The notes beneath the pieces are model-generated. The model was not told where the DNA came from. It did no database searches and was given only the letters and a program-made list of their open reading frames with translations. A DNA stretch of 64,000 nucleotides from an uncultured Cytophagia bacterium. Lineage in GTDB: Bacteria > Zhuqueibacterota > Zhuqueibacteria > Oceanimicrobiales > CAZGRP01. Location of the stretch: NCBI GenBank assembly GCA_964527995.1, contig CAZGRP010000004.1, positions 20,230-84,229 on the forward strand, read 5' to 3'. The translations under genes were made by a program, and so were the position numbers. This document shows, in pieces, positions 32,704 through 43,414 of the stretch; position 1 is the stretch's first letter; the number at the start of each line of letters is the position of its first letter.

Positions 32704-33516
32704 ATGAGCGAAGAAAAGCGTATACCCAGGAGCAAGGACATTTCCCCGATTTTGCGAGGCTGGGAATTTCGTCCGAATGAAATCGTGGTGAGGAAGATAC
32801 GCGGCCTCGATGGCCGGCCGAAGATCCAGATGCGCATCGACCTTGGACTGATTCAGATGGAGGCCGACGGGCGTCCGGATGGCAAGCGGCCCAACGGCAG
32901 GGAGTCGTACCTGCACTACTACCTCGCCAAACTGGCCGCCTACAAGCGGAGGACCGGCAGCGACGACGGTTTCGTGCTCGACGAGGAAGACTGCATGAAA
33001 CTGAGGGCGGAAGCGATTCAGTACTACCACCGCTATGTCAGTCTGTTTCATCTCGGCGACTACGAAGGTGTGGCGCGCGATACCGAGCGCAACCTTCGCG
33101 TCCTCGACCTGGTGCGCAGGTACGCCGAAGACGAGGAACTGGTGTGGATGTTCGACCAGTACCGCCCTTACATTTTGATGATGAACGCCCGGGCCCGCGG
33201 CGAGCTCTGCCTGAAACGCAAGGACTTCGACGGTGCGCTGCGCATCGTCGAGGAGACCATGCGCAAGATTGCCCGCTTCTACAAAGAGTATGATGTGGAT
33301 GAGGCCGGCGACCGCAGCCCGGAGATCAACTTCCTGGAAGATTGGGCGGAGGACATCCGCGATCAACGGCCGATGAGTGTGCGCGAGAAGCTGCAGGAAC
33401 AACTCCGGCAGGCGGTCGCAGAAGAGAAATACGAGCATGCCGCTATCCTGCGCGATGAACTTCGCCGCCTCGACAAACAGACTCCTGCCGGCGCCAATAA
33501 ACACCTGGAAGGGTGA
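32704..33516 (+). CDS. Hypothetical protein with C-terminal UVR (UvrB/UvrC) motif
   Basis: EKYEHAAILRDELRRL near the C-terminus. The ORF extends upstream to 32581. Confidence 0.5.
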   Translation: MSEEKRIPRSKDISPILRGWEFRPNEIVVRKIRGLDGRPKIQMRIDLGLIQMEADGRPDGKRPNGRESYLHYYLAKLAAYKRRTGSDDGFVLDEEDCMKLRAEAIQYYHRYVSLFHLGDYEGVARDTERNLRVLDLVRRYAEDEELVWMFDQYRPYILMMNARARGELCLKRKDFDGALRIVEETMRKIARFYKEYDVDEAGDRSPEINFLEDWAEDIRDQRPMSVREKLQEQLRQAVAEEKYEHAAILRDELRRLDKQTPAGANKHLEG

Positions 33517-33714
33517 GAACGGCGCCTGAATCTCCATTGGTAAGATCCGGTACGCCCAGTACCCGTAGCCACGGATCGACATTGTCCCACATACGACTCG
33601 AAAGAGCGTCCATGTCAGTCCGTGGTTCATTCTTTGTAGGAATGAATTGCCCGGTTTTTCGACAGCGGGAAGAGCCAGGCAGGCCGGTTTCACGAAGGAC
33701 AGCGAGGAGAAGCG

Positions 33715-35163
33715 TTGCGTGATCTAGCTGATCTAGCCATCGACTGCGCCCGCTCGGCGGGTGCTTCCTATGCCGATGTGCGCATCACAGAAGTGCGCAA
33801 CCAGCGCATATCCACCAAGAACGGCAAGGTGGGCTCGGTTGAAGACGCGGAGAGTTATGGTTTCGGCGTGCGCGTCATCGCCGACGGCGCCTGGGGATTT
33901 GCCAGCAGTGATATCCTTGACAGGGAGAACGTGCAGCGTGTGGCCCGGGAGGCGGTGAGCATCGCCAGGGCGAGCGCGAGCCTCAAGGAACGCGACGTGG
34001 CACTGGCTCCCGAGGAGAAGCACGTCGATACCTGGGCCACGCCGATCGAGGAGGACCCTTTTGCCGTTTCGCTGGAGACCAAGCTCGGGCTGTTGTTCGA
34101 GATCGACCGCATCTGTCGCAAGGTCAAAGGAGTGGCCGTGGTCGAGGGGCACATGGGCTTTGTGCGCAAGAAACAGCTCTTCGTCAACACCGAGGGTTCG
34201 GTCATCAATCAGACCATCGTCATGAGCGGGGTTGGCTACGCTGCCACCGCCATCGAATCCGGAGAGATCCAGAAACGTTCCTACCCGAACTCGCACGGTG
34301 GGCAGTGGGAGACGCGCGGCTACGAAATCACCCGTAGCTGGCCGCTCGTCGAAAATGCCGAACGGGTTGCCGAGGAGGCGGTGGCTCTTCTGAAAGCTGA
34401 CCAGTGCCCGAGTGGCGAGAAAGACCTGATCCTGGATGGATCCCAGCTCGGGCTACAGATCCATGAGTCGTGCGGCCACCCGGCGGAACTGGATCGCGTG
34501 TTGGGTATGGAAGCCAACTACGCCGGCATGAGTTTCCTGACCACCGACAAGCTTGGCAAGCTGCGGTATGGCTCGGAAGTGGTCAACCTGGTTTCCGACG
34601 CCACCCTTGAACATGGTCACGGCTGCGGCACGTTCGGCTACGATGACGAGGGCGTGCCCGCGCAGCGCTTCGACCTTGTGCGCAACGGTCTGTTCGTCGG
34701 GTATCTGACTTCGCGCGAGACGGCGGCTCTTGTCGGCCTGGAGCGCAGCAATGGCACCATGCGCGCCTCCGGATGGAACCGCATCCCCCTCATCCGCATG
34801 ACCAACACCAGCCTGGAGCCGGGAGATTGGGAACTCGACGACCTCATCGCCGATACCCGCGACGGCATCTACATGGAGACGAATCGCAGTTGGAGCATCG
34901 ACGACAGGCGCTACAATTTCCAGTTCGGCACCGAAATCGCCTGGGAGATCAGGAACGGCAAGAAGGTTCGCATGCTCCGCAACCCCACGTATAGCGGCAT
35001 CACCACGGAGTTCTGGAATGCCTGTGACGCCATCTGCAGCCGCAAGCACTGGGTTCTCTGGGGTGTGCCAAATTGCGGCAAAGGGCAGCCCAGCCAGGTG
35101 ATGGCCACGGGTCATGGTGCTTCGCCGGCCCGTTTCCGCGGAATCAAGATCGGAATGGGATAG
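33715..35163 (+). CDS. tldD: TldD-family metalloprotease
   Basis: HESCGH zinc-binding motif. Modulator-of-DNA-gyrase fold length. TTG start with AGGAGA RBS. Confidence 0.8.
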   Translation: MRDLADLAIDCARSAGASYADVRITEVRNQRISTKNGKVGSVEDAESYGFGVRVIADGAWGFASSDILDRENVQRVAREAVSIARASASLKERDVALAPEEKHVDTWATPIEEDPFAVSLETKLGLLFEIDRICRKVKGVAVVEGHMGFVRKKQLFVNTEGSVINQTIVMSGVGYAATAIESGEIQKRSYPNSHGGQWETRGYEITRSWPLVENAERVAEEAVALLKADQCPSGEKDLILDGSQLGLQIHESCGHPAELDRVLGMEANYAGMSFLTTDKLGKLRYGSEVVNLVSDATLEHGHGCGTFGYDDEGVPAQRFDLVRNGLFVGYLTSRETAALVGLERSNGTMRASGWNRIPLIRMTNTSLEPGDWELDDLIADTRDGIYMETNRSWSIDDRRYNFQFGTEIAWEIRNGKKVRMLRNPTYSGITTEFWNACDAICSRKHWVLWGVPNCGKGQPSQVMATGHGASPARFRGIKIGMG

Positions 35164-35306
35164 ATAGGATGAGGGATGGAAAAGGGGCCAGGGGGACAGT
35201 GTGGGTTGTGGTTCGCTGCCTCTTATCGCAGAGCCAGCGACTCATGACCATCGAGCATCAACCATCTTCCATCCAACCATAACGCATCAAACTTATTCTC
35301 AGGGCC

Positions 35307-36665
35307 ATGCTTTCTGAAGCCGAGTGCAAAGACATCATCAGCCGCCTGATCCGTTTCAGCAGTGCCGACGAGACCGAGTGTCTGCTGGCCGGCGGCCAGG
35401 ACGCCTTGACGCGTTTCGCCAACAATGTCATCCATCAGAACGTGGCGGAGCAGGGCAACACACTCTCAGTGCGCGCCATTGTAGATGGACGCCAGGCACG
35501 GGCCACCACCAGCCGCTTCGACGACGACTCGCTGCGGCAGGTGGCCGACAGGGCGGTCGAGATCGCCCGCTTGATGGAGCCCGATGAAGAGCTGCTGCCG
35601 CTGACCGAGCCCGTGGCCACGCCACGCCTGGAGCATTTCGACGCGGACACGGCGGCTGTCGCTCCGCAGCAGCGGGCCGAAGGCGTGCGCCGAATCGTGC
35701 AGGCGGCGCGAGATGCAAACCTGGTCAGTGCTGGCATCTTCGAGACAGGAGAGAGCTACCTGGCTGTCGGCAATTCACGCGGCCATTTTTGCTACTATCG
35801 TCGCACCGGGGCGACCATCAGTACCACGATGACCGGGCCTACGAGTTCAGGCTATGTTCTCGACACGGCGCCTCGGCTGCGCGAATTGGATCCAGTCGTG
35901 GCCGCGCGGGCCGCTGCCCGGAAAGCAATCGACAGCGCGGAACCGATCGAGCTGGAGCCGGGCGATTACACCGTGATCCTTGAGCCGCAGGCGGTTGCCA
36001 ACCTGGTGCCGTTCCTGCTGTTCGACTACGTCGTCGGTGCCAGCAGCTTCAGCTATACGGGGGTTTCTGAGAAGAAGAGCTATTTCACCGACCGCATCGG
36101 CACGCAGGTTTTCGGCAGCAACATCACTCTGGTCGACGACGTCTTTCACCCTCTACAGGTGGGACCTGCCTTCGACTACGAAGGAGTGCCCAAGAAGCGT
36201 GTCGTGCTGGTCGAGAACGGTATCGCCAAGAACCTTATCTACTCCCGCCTGGAAGCGAAAAAGGCCGGCGTGGAGCCGACCGGTCACGGCTTGCCACTTC
36301 CGAATACCTACGGTTCCTATCCCGAAAACATCGTCCTCCTCGGAGGGAACTCGACTCTGGAGGAGATGATCGCCTCCACCGAGCGTGGCATTCTGGTCTC
36401 CCGTTTTTGGTACATTCGGTTTGTCGATTCCGCCCGTGTCATCGTCACCGGGATGACCCGGGACGGTACCTTCCTCATCGAGGACGGCCGCATCACCAGG
36501 GGGATCAAGAACATGCGCTTCAATGAAAGCCTGGTGACGATGTTGAACAACGTCTCAATGCTGTCACCCGCGGTACGCACCAGCGACGATGAGTCGGAGA
36601 CGGTTTACGTTGTGCCGGCGATGAAAGTGGACCGCTTCCATTTTTCCAGCGCAACGAAGTTTTGA
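35307..36665 (+). CDS. pmbA: PmbA/TldE-family protein (TldD partner)
   Basis: Collinear with the TldD/PmbA family. Lacks the HExxxH motif, as expected for the partner subunit. Confidence 0.75.
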   Translation: MLSEAECKDIISRLIRFSSADETECLLAGGQDALTRFANNVIHQNVAEQGNTLSVRAIVDGRQARATTSRFDDDSLRQVADRAVEIARLMEPDEELLPLTEPVATPRLEHFDADTAAVAPQQRAEGVRRIVQAARDANLVSAGIFETGESYLAVGNSRGHFCYYRRTGATISTTMTGPTSSGYVLDTAPRLRELDPVVAARAAARKAIDSAEPIELEPGDYTVILEPQAVANLVPFLLFDYVVGASSFSYTGVSEKKSYFTDRIGTQVFGSNITLVDDVFHPLQVGPAFDYEGVPKKRVVLVENGIAKNLIYSRLEAKKAGVEPTGHGLPLPNTYGSYPENIVLLGGNSTLEEMIASTERGILVSRFWYIRFVDSARVIVTGMTRDGTFLIEDGRITRGIKNMRFNESLVTMLNNVSMLSPAVRTSDDESETVYVVPAMKVDRFHFSSATKF

Positions 36666-36871
36666 TCTGCAGGTCACCAGGGCCCGCATTTGCTTTCGTT
36701 TCGTGTACAAGAAAGAGCACGCCGCCACCCGCCACAGACGACCACGGAACTCGCTTGCCTTCGTTTCCGTGAAGATGGCCGTGCGTAGCTGTGGCAGGCC
36801 CTTTTGTGGTCTCTGTTTGGTGTCGTCCGAGTAAGGATCTTTTCCTGGGGGCATTCTCTTCGGGGTGAGCC

Positions 36872-37210
36872 ATGCGCTTCTGCGACTGGGTTCCGCTTGA
36901 GAAGTCGGGTGCAGCAGTGCCCGACAGGCCGGGGATCTTTCAGATCCGCATCGAACACGGTTTGATCCGCTACCCGCAGGGCAAGAGTGCCATGTTCTAT
37001 TACGGGTACGGGCCCAGCCTGCGCCAGGGTGTCGACGCTTTCCGGAGGAGAATTCTGCCGACACTGCGGCGAAGCGAGGAGGAGTTGCTGGTGCGCTGGA
37101 TGGAGACCGAAGAAGTGGAGGCCCACTTCCGCTCCTACCTGGCTCGATTCGCAACCAAATTCGGATCTCTCCCTGAGGGGAACGAAGTACAGTTGCGTGG
37201 TAAGTCGTAG
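36872..37210 (+). CDS. Hypothetical small protein, possible GIY-YIG-like N-terminal fold
   Basis: PDRPGIFQIRIEHG...MFYYGYGPSLRQGVDAFRRR loosely fits the PGVY...IYVGKAKNLRKR GIY-YIG pattern. Weak. Confidence 0.4.
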   Translation: MRFCDWVPLEKSGAAVPDRPGIFQIRIEHGLIRYPQGKSAMFYYGYGPSLRQGVDAFRRRILPTLRRSEEELLVRWMETEEVEAHFRSYLARFATKFGSLPEGNEVQLRGKS

Positions 37211-37413
37211 AAGCGAGATCGGTGGTGAAACTCCAACCGACTGCTGAGGGTGGCTATCCATGTGCAGCCGACTTGCTGGATAACTTCAAGGAGATCATCG
37301 GCTTTCTCATTGAGCTCGAGTTTCTGCATCCGGCCGATGGGAAGATTTTACGGTTTTGGTCTCGTTGTAATAAGTGAAACCAAAGACTTGCACGATGCCA
37401 CGAACGAGTTTGG

Positions 37414-38502
37414 ATGGCGAAAAAGCTACCGCGGATGGACAAGGGAAACAGCAAGCCTGGCAGTGTGCGTACCGCACTCTTGCTGTGCGGCGGCGGCCTG
37501 GCAGGCGCCATGTACGAAATCGGCTGCCTGCGTGCTCTCGATGAATCGTCGGGAGGTTCCTTCACCACCGAGCGGGTGGACTTCTACCTCGGGGTCAGCG
37601 CCGGGTCGGTGATTTCGGCCCTTCTTGCCAATAACATTTCCCCACGCGATCTTTACGACGCCGTCTGCGACTCCAATCATCCGGTGCATTTTCGCCGTGA
37701 TGACATCTACGGCTTCGATTGGGGTGAATTCGGCCGCTGTGTCGGCGGGGTGATGGCGCGTACACCCCGGCTTTTGCGTTACTTTTGGAAGAACCGATCC
37801 TGCTTCTCGTTCTCCGACGCCCTCGACTCTCTCCAGGAGTTGCTCCCCTCCGGCCTGTTCTCCTTGCGGAATCTGGAGGCCTTCATGCGCAGGCTGCTGA
37901 CCCAACCCGGGCGGACCAACGACTTCCGCCGGCTGCGAAAAAAACTGTTCATTCCTTCTTTCGAGCTCGACACGGGAGAACGCTGGGTGTTCGGCACCGA
38001 GGGTCTGGATGACGTACCGATCTCGGCGGCGGTGGCAGCTTCTTCCGCCCTGCCGATGTTTTTCCAGCCCTTTCCGGTGCGTGGCCACGATTTCGTAGAC
38101 GGTTCCAGCGGCCATGTGGCCCACGAGGATGTCGTGGTGGAAAGAGGGGCCAACCGTCTGGTGATCATCAACCCGACCGTGCCGGTTCGCAATGATCGCC
38201 AGACGCTGTGCATCCCCACCTTCGACGGCCACTGCGCCACCCTGCGGCGCAAGGGGCTGACCTTCGTGAGCGATCAGAGCCGCCGCATCGGTACTTGCAC
38301 GCGCCTGGAGCTGGCTCTGGAACGACTGCGTGCCAGCAGACCGGAGATTGAGATTGTGTTGATCCAGCCGGTTCCACACGAGGCAACGATGTTTTTGGCC
38401 AACGTCATGAGCTACGAGGCCCGGCAGACACTGCTGCGGTACGGCTATCAAACCACCGGGGAGTTGCTGTCCCGGCGTGCCGCCAACCTGCCACGGTTGT
38501 AG
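37414..38502 (+). CDS. Patatin-like phospholipase
   Basis: LLLCGGGLAGAMYEIGCL oxyanion motif, GVSAGS nucleophile-Ser motif, and a DGG-type Asp near aa 230. Confidence 0.75.
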   Translation: MAKKLPRMDKGNSKPGSVRTALLLCGGGLAGAMYEIGCLRALDESSGGSFTTERVDFYLGVSAGSVISALLANNISPRDLYDAVCDSNHPVHFRRDDIYGFDWGEFGRCVGGVMARTPRLLRYFWKNRSCFSFSDALDSLQELLPSGLFSLRNLEAFMRRLLTQPGRTNDFRRLRKKLFIPSFELDTGERWVFGTEGLDDVPISAAVAASSALPMFFQPFPVRGHDFVDGSSGHVAHEDVVVERGANRLVIINPTVPVRNDRQTLCIPTFDGHCATLRRKGLTFVSDQSRRIGTCTRLELALERLRASRPEIEIVLIQPVPHEATMFLANVMSYEARQTLLRYGYQTTGELLSRRAANLPRL

Positions 38503-38700
38503 GCCGAGCCCGCAACCAGGACGAGCCGGATGCAAAGGGCCTAGCGAGAGAGGAAGCCTCTCTTCACCGAGGCATCGCAGTTGCCGCGCCACCCGCAGCC
38601 GCTGCGTCCCACTTTTGTCTTTAAATCCTGCCGATATCTTCGTATATTTCAAGTGTCTTCGTTCGATTGAAATCAGGTCCCATCTTAGGATTGTGTCGAT

Positions 38701-41700
38701 ATGGCTGACGACCAACTGCACCCGTTCCTGAAGCTCCTGCGCGAAAAGATCGTCGTGCTGGACGGTGCCATGGGGACGAACATCCAGCGCCGGAACCTCT
38801 CGGCGGACGACTTCGGCGGCCTCGAAGGATGCAACGAATATCTGGTCGTCACCCGGCCGGACATCATCGAGGAGATCCATGCCTCGTTCCTGTCGGTCGG
38901 CTGTGATGCTGTGGAAACCGATTCGTTCGGCGCCAGTCGCATCGTTCTGGCTGAATACGGGCTGGCAGAGCAGGCCTACGAGCTGAATCGGCGAGCGGCG
39001 GAGCTGGCCCGGCGTGTCGCCGCGGATTTTTCCACTCCCGCGCAGCCTCGTTTCGTGGTCGGCTCCATCGGACCCACGACCAAGCTGCCGACATTGGGCC
39101 ACATTTCCTTCAGCGACATGAAGGCAGCCTACGTGGAGCAGGTTGCTGGTCTGATCGATGGCGGCGCCGACGTGCTGCTGGCCGAAACCTGCCAGGATAT
39201 CTTGCAAGCCAAGGCCGCCATCGTGGCCATCCTCGAAGTTTTCCAGCAAAAGCGGATTCGCCTGCCGGTGATGGTGCAGGTGACCATCGAGAGTACGGGC
39301 ACGATGCTGCTCGGGACCGAAATCGGCGCTGCTCTCACCGCCGTGGAGCCGTACGCTATCGATGTCTTCGGCATGAACTGCGCCACCGGCCCGGCGGAGA
39401 TGTCGGATCACCTGCGTTTTTTGTCGGCCAACAGCCCGTTTCCGATCTCGGCGATCCCGAATGCAGGTATCCCGGAGAATGTCGGTGGTCAGGCATGCTA
39501 CCACTTGACTCCCGAGGAACTGGCCCACCATCAGCGTCATTTTGCCCTGGACCTGGGGGTGAACATCGTCGGCGGCTGCTGCGGCACGACGGCCGACCAC
39601 CTGAAGGCAGTGGTTGCGGCGGTGGCGGACATCTCACCGGAGCCACGCCGCGTGCGCTTCGAGCCGTCGGTGTCGAGTCTCTACTCGCAAATGCCGCTGC
39701 ATCAGGAGCCGTCGCCGCTTATCGTTGGCGAGCGGACCAATGCCAACGGCAGCAAGCAGTTTCGGGAACTGCTGCTGAAGGAAGACTACGACGGCATGGT
39801 CAACATTGCCCGCGAGCAGTCACGGGGTGGAGCTCACGCCCTGGATGTGTGCGTCGCCTATGTCGGCCGCGATGAGGTACGCGACATGAAGGAGGTGATT
39901 CGGCGATTCAACACGCAGGTGCAAATCCCGCTGATGATCGACTCCACCGAGCCTGCCGCCATCGAAGCGGCGCTGGAGTTGATCGGTGGCCGCGCTATCG
40001 TCAACTCGATCAACCTTGAGGACGGCGAGGAGCGCATGGCCTGGGTGCTGCCGTTGTGCAAGAAGTATGGCGCGGCGGTGATCGCTCTGACCATCGACGA
40101 AGAGGGGATGGCCAAGACAGCCTCGCGGAAATTCGAGATCGCCCGGCGTATCTACGACCTGGCCACCGGCAAGTATGGCATGCGGCCCCAGGATCTGATT
40201 TTCGATGCACTTACGTTCACGCTCGGTAGCGGTGACGAGGAGTTCCGGCGCGCCGGCATCGAGACCCTCGAAGCCATCCGAAGGATCAAGGAGGGGCTGC
40301 CTGGCGTCTGGACTCTGCTGGGCGTGAGCAATATCAGTTTCGGATTGGCACCCGAGATCAGGCATGTCCTGAACAGCGTTTTTCTGCACACTGCCATTGA
40401 ATACGGTCTCGACGCCGCGATCGTCAACGCTGCCCGCATCATGCCTCTCTACAAAATCAGCGAGGAAGAGCGGGAACTCTGCCGCCGGCTCATCTTTGAC
40501 GAGCGCCGCCAGGGGTATGACCCTCTCGTCGCCCTGATGTCCTATTTCGAACCAAAGGCAGGTGCAGGCACGACAGTCCGCCAGCAAAGTCAGCCTCCGG
40601 CCAGGGTAGAGGAGGCGCTCAAGCAGCGAATCATCGACGGCGACAAGGCGGGGCTGGAAAACGATCTCGACCGCGCCTTAAAGAAGTACTCCCCTTTGCA
40701 GATCATCAACGAGTTCCTTCTGGATGGGATGAAGGTGGTCGGCGAGCTGTTCGGTTCGGGAGAAATGCAGTTGCCGTTCGTACTGCAGTCGGCGGAGACC
40801 ATGAAGGCGGCCGTGGCCTATCTGGAACGATTCATGGAAAAGGCCGACGCCGTGAACAAGGGCACCATGGTGATTGCCACCGTCAAGGGCGACGTGCACG
40901 ACATCGGCAAGAATCTGGTGGACATTATCCTGAGCAACAATGGATATCGTGTGATCAATCTGGGGATCAAGGTGCCGATCGATACCATCCTGCAGGCCGC
41001 CAGGGAACACAACGCCGACGCCATCGGCATGAGCGGCTTGCTGGTGAAGTCGACCGCCATCATGAAGGAAAACCTCGAGGTCCTGAAAGAGCGCGGTGTT
41101 CGTGTGCCGGTAGTCCTGGGGGGAGCGGCCCTGACCCGGCGTTTCGTTGAGGAGGACCTGCGCCGCATCTACGACGGCGTCCTGGAATACGCCCCCGATG
41201 CCTTCGCCGGGCTTTATTTCATGGATCGAATTACCAACAGAGAGGAAAAGCAGGCGGGTTCGAGTCGTGCAGGCGGCGGCCAGGAGACGAGAGAGTCTCA
41301 GGAGCTCGCTGCCACCGACGAGGTTGCAGAGCCGCGCTCCAGGCCGGGACGGGCGGTTCCTGCTGTTGAAGAAGGGCAAGCCGAAGTTCGCCGTTCCGCC
41401 CACGTGACGGCCCTGGTCGACATCCCTCCGCCACCGTTCTACGGCACCAGGGTTGTCAACGACGTGCCTCTCGAGGAGGTGTTTCCCTACGTCAACGAAA
41501 TCGCACTCATCCGCGGGCAGTGGCAGGTGAAGCGCGGGCGGCGGCCGCCGGCTGAATACGAGAAGGTGCTGCGCGAAAAGATCTACCCGGCCTACGAGGA
41601 GCTGAAGAAGCGTTGCATCGAAGAGCGGCTCCTCGAGCCCCAAGTAGTGTACGGCTACTTCCCGGTGCAGTCGGACGGCAACGACGTGATCGTATACCGC

Positions 41701-42216
41701 GAGGACCAGCGCACCGAGTGGCTGCGGTTCACGTTCCCAAGGCAAAAGGGGAGACGGCAACTCAGTCTGGCCGACTTTTTTGCCCCGGTTGGTTCGCGCC
41801 GCATGGATGTTCTTGGGGCTATGGTTGTCACCGTCGGAGCGCGGGCCTCGGAGGTGGCCCGCAAGCTCTACGAAGAGAGCCGGTACCAGGAGTACCTCTA
41901 CTTTCACGGCTTGAGCGTCGAGACTGCCGAGGCCCTGGCCGAGTATTGGCACAAGCGCATGCGCCAGGAGCTCGGCATCGCTGGCGAGGACGCCAAAGAG
42001 ATCCGCAAGTTGTTCTCCCAGGGATATCGTGGATCTCGTTTCAGCTTCGGTTATCCCGCCTGCCCTGAGCTCAGCGACCAGGTGAAGCTCTTCGAGATGC
42101 TGCGCCCAGAGCGCATCGGAGTGACCTTGTCCGAGGGCTACCAGATGGTGCCCGAGCAGTCGACTTCGGCCATCATCGTGCACCACCCCCAGGCGAGATA
42201 CTTCAATGTGGATTGA
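38701..42216 (+). CDS. metH: Cobalamin-dependent methionine synthase
   Basis: Hcy S-methyltransferase N-domain, pterin-binding domain, DxHxxG-type B12 domain (GDVHDIGKN), C-terminal AdoMet reactivation domain. 1171 aa. Confidence 0.9.
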   Translation: MADDQLHPFLKLLREKIVVLDGAMGTNIQRRNLSADDFGGLEGCNEYLVVTRPDIIEEIHASFLSVGCDAVETDSFGASRIVLAEYGLAEQAYELNRRAAELARRVAADFSTPAQPRFVVGSIGPTTKLPTLGHISFSDMKAAYVEQVAGLIDGGADVLLAETCQDILQAKAAIVAILEVFQQKRIRLPVMVQVTIESTGTMLLGTEIGAALTAVEPYAIDVFGMNCATGPAEMSDHLRFLSANSPFPISAIPNAGIPENVGGQACYHLTPEELAHHQRHFALDLGVNIVGGCCGTTADHLKAVVAAVADISPEPRRVRFEPSVSSLYSQMPLHQEPSPLIVGERTNANGSKQFRELLLKEDYDGMVNIAREQSRGGAHALDVCVAYVGRDEVRDMKEVIRRFNTQVQIPLMIDSTEPAAIEAALELIGGRAIVNSINLEDGEERMAWVLPLCKKYGAAVIALTIDEEGMAKTASRKFEIARRIYDLATGKYGMRPQDLIFDALTFTLGSGDEEFRRAGIETLEAIRRIKEGLPGVWTLLGVSNISFGLAPEIRHVLNSVFLHTAIEYGLDAAIVNAARIMPLYKISEEERELCRRLIFDERRQGYDPLVALMSYFEPKAGAGTTVRQQSQPPARVEEALKQRIIDGDKAGLENDLDRALKKYSPLQIINEFLLDGMKVVGELFGSGEMQLPFVLQSAETMKAAVAYLERFMEKADAVNKGTMVIATVKGDVHDIGKNLVDIILSNNGYRVINLGIKVPIDTILQAAREHNADAIGMSGLLVKSTAIMKENLEVLKERGVRVPVVLGGAALTRRFVEEDLRRIYDGVLEYAPDAFAGLYFMDRITNREEKQAGSSRAGGGQETRESQELAATDEVAEPRSRPGRAVPAVEEGQAEVRRSAHVTALVDIPPPPFYGTRVVNDVPLEEVFPYVNEIALIRGQWQVKRGRRPPAEYEKVLREKIYPAYEELKKRCIEERLLEPQVVYGYFPVQSDGNDVIVYREDQRTEWLRFTFPRQKGRRQLSLADFFAPVGSRRMDVLGAMVVTVGARASEVARKLYEESRYQEYLYFHGLSVETAEALAEYWHKRMRQELGIAGEDAKEIRKLFSQGYRGSRFSFGYPACPELSDQVKLFEMLRPERIGVTLSEGYQMVPEQSTSAIIVHHPQARYFNVD

Positions 42217-42299
42217 ATGAAGAAGGCGGGGCAAACCAGAGTTCAAGTGGGCTGGTGCTCTCAGAAGTGATTCGAGACTTCGGATGGAGCGAACCACGC

Positions 42300-43391
42300 A
42301 TGAGGAAACTCGTGGCGCCACAGACAGTGGATCCACCCGGTCACCGCGTCTCCACAGTCGACCCCACCCTCACCGGCATCGTTGGGCTCGATCGTGATGA
42401 GATGGCGGCCCTGGTGAGCTCCCTGGGCGAGCCTCGGTTCCGCGCCGACCAGCTCTTCCAGTGGGTCTACCGACGCGGTGTCTCGTCCTTTGCAGAGATG
42501 AGCAACTTGCCAGCCAGGCTGCGCCAGCGCCTCGCAGAGGCCGCTCGCATCGGCTGGTTGAGGCATATCCTCAGTCAGCGCTCTGCTGTCGATGGCACCG
42601 TGAAGTTTCTTTTCGAACTCCCCGACGGCCGGCACATCGAAAGCGTCTTGATATGCGAACAGGATCGCCATACGCTCTGCGTTTCCACGCAGGTGGGGTG
42701 TGCCATCGACTGCCAGTTTTGCGCCACCGGACGAATGGGATTCGTGAGAAATCTGACCGCCGGCGAGATCGTGGATCAGCTACTCGTTGTGCAGCGGCTC
42801 GAGGACGTGCGCCTGACCAATCTCGTGCTCATGGGCATGGGGGAGCCTTTTCACAACTACGAGGCCGCAATCAAGGCATGCCAGCTGATCAGCGACCCGG
42901 ACGGTATTGGCATGAGTGCGCGCCATATCGTGGTGTCCACCAGCGGGCTGGTTCCGCAGATCTTGCGATTCGCCGAGGAAGGACACAGGTACCGGCTGGC
43001 GATCTCACTGAATGCGACCACCGACCGGTTGCGCGATCAGCTCATGCCGCTCAATCGCCGCTGGCCGTTGCAGCAGCTTTTGAAGGCGGCGGACTTCTAC
43101 GTTCGCAAGACGGGCTCCGCCGTGACTTTCGAGTATGTCCTCATGGAGGGGCTGAATGATTCTCTGGACGACGCCCGGCGATTGAAGCAGATGTTGCGGC
43201 CCCTGCGCTGCAAGTTGAACCTGATCCCCTACAACGCCACGAAGGGACCTTTCCGTCGTCCCTCGGAGGAACGCCTGCTCCAATTCTATCGCCAGTTGGA
43301 AGGGATGCGCGTACCGGTAACCATCCGCTGGAGCCGAGGGACCGACATCGATGCGGCTTGCGGTCAACTTGCGACTGCCGAGGGGGCCTGA
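42300..43391 (+). CDS. rlmN: 23S rRNA/tRNA m2A methyltransferase RlmN (radical SAM)
   Basis: CVSTQVGCAIDCQFCATG radical-SAM motif. The ORF extends to TTG 42213. Confidence 0.8.
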   Translation: MRKLVAPQTVDPPGHRVSTVDPTLTGIVGLDRDEMAALVSSLGEPRFRADQLFQWVYRRGVSSFAEMSNLPARLRQRLAEAARIGWLRHILSQRSAVDGTVKFLFELPDGRHIESVLICEQDRHTLCVSTQVGCAIDCQFCATGRMGFVRNLTAGEIVDQLLVVQRLEDVRLTNLVLMGMGEPFHNYEAAIKACQLISDPDGIGMSARHIVVSTSGLVPQILRFAEEGHRYRLAISLNATTDRLRDQLMPLNRRWPLQQLLKAADFYVRKTGSAVTFEYVLMEGLNDSLDDARRLKQMLRPLRCKLNLIPYNATKGPFRRPSEERLLQFYRQLEGMRVPVTIRWSRGTDIDAACGQLATAEGA

Positions 43392-43414
43392 AAGAGCCGT
43401 GATGTAAAGGCTGA

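Noticed and set aside
32485-33693. 402-aa minus-strand ORF opposite the UVR-motif protein gene
   Set aside because: The plus-strand ORF has a recognisable UVR motif and a plausible RBS. The minus-strand translation has no motifs. Kept the plus-strand call, with moderate confidence only.
37135-37329. 64-aa minus-strand ORF (MQKLELNEKADDLLEVIQQVGCTW...) between the GIY-YIG-like and patatin genes
   Set aside because: Moderate GC3 only. It overlaps the 3' end of the plus-strand ORF and has no RBS. Probably spurious, but noted because the region is otherwise unexplained.
38503-38700. Possible SAM or cobalamin riboswitch upstream of metH
   Set aside because: No B12-box (GCCACTG-like) or S-box conserved segments are visible. 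Only a possible A/T-rich promoter.
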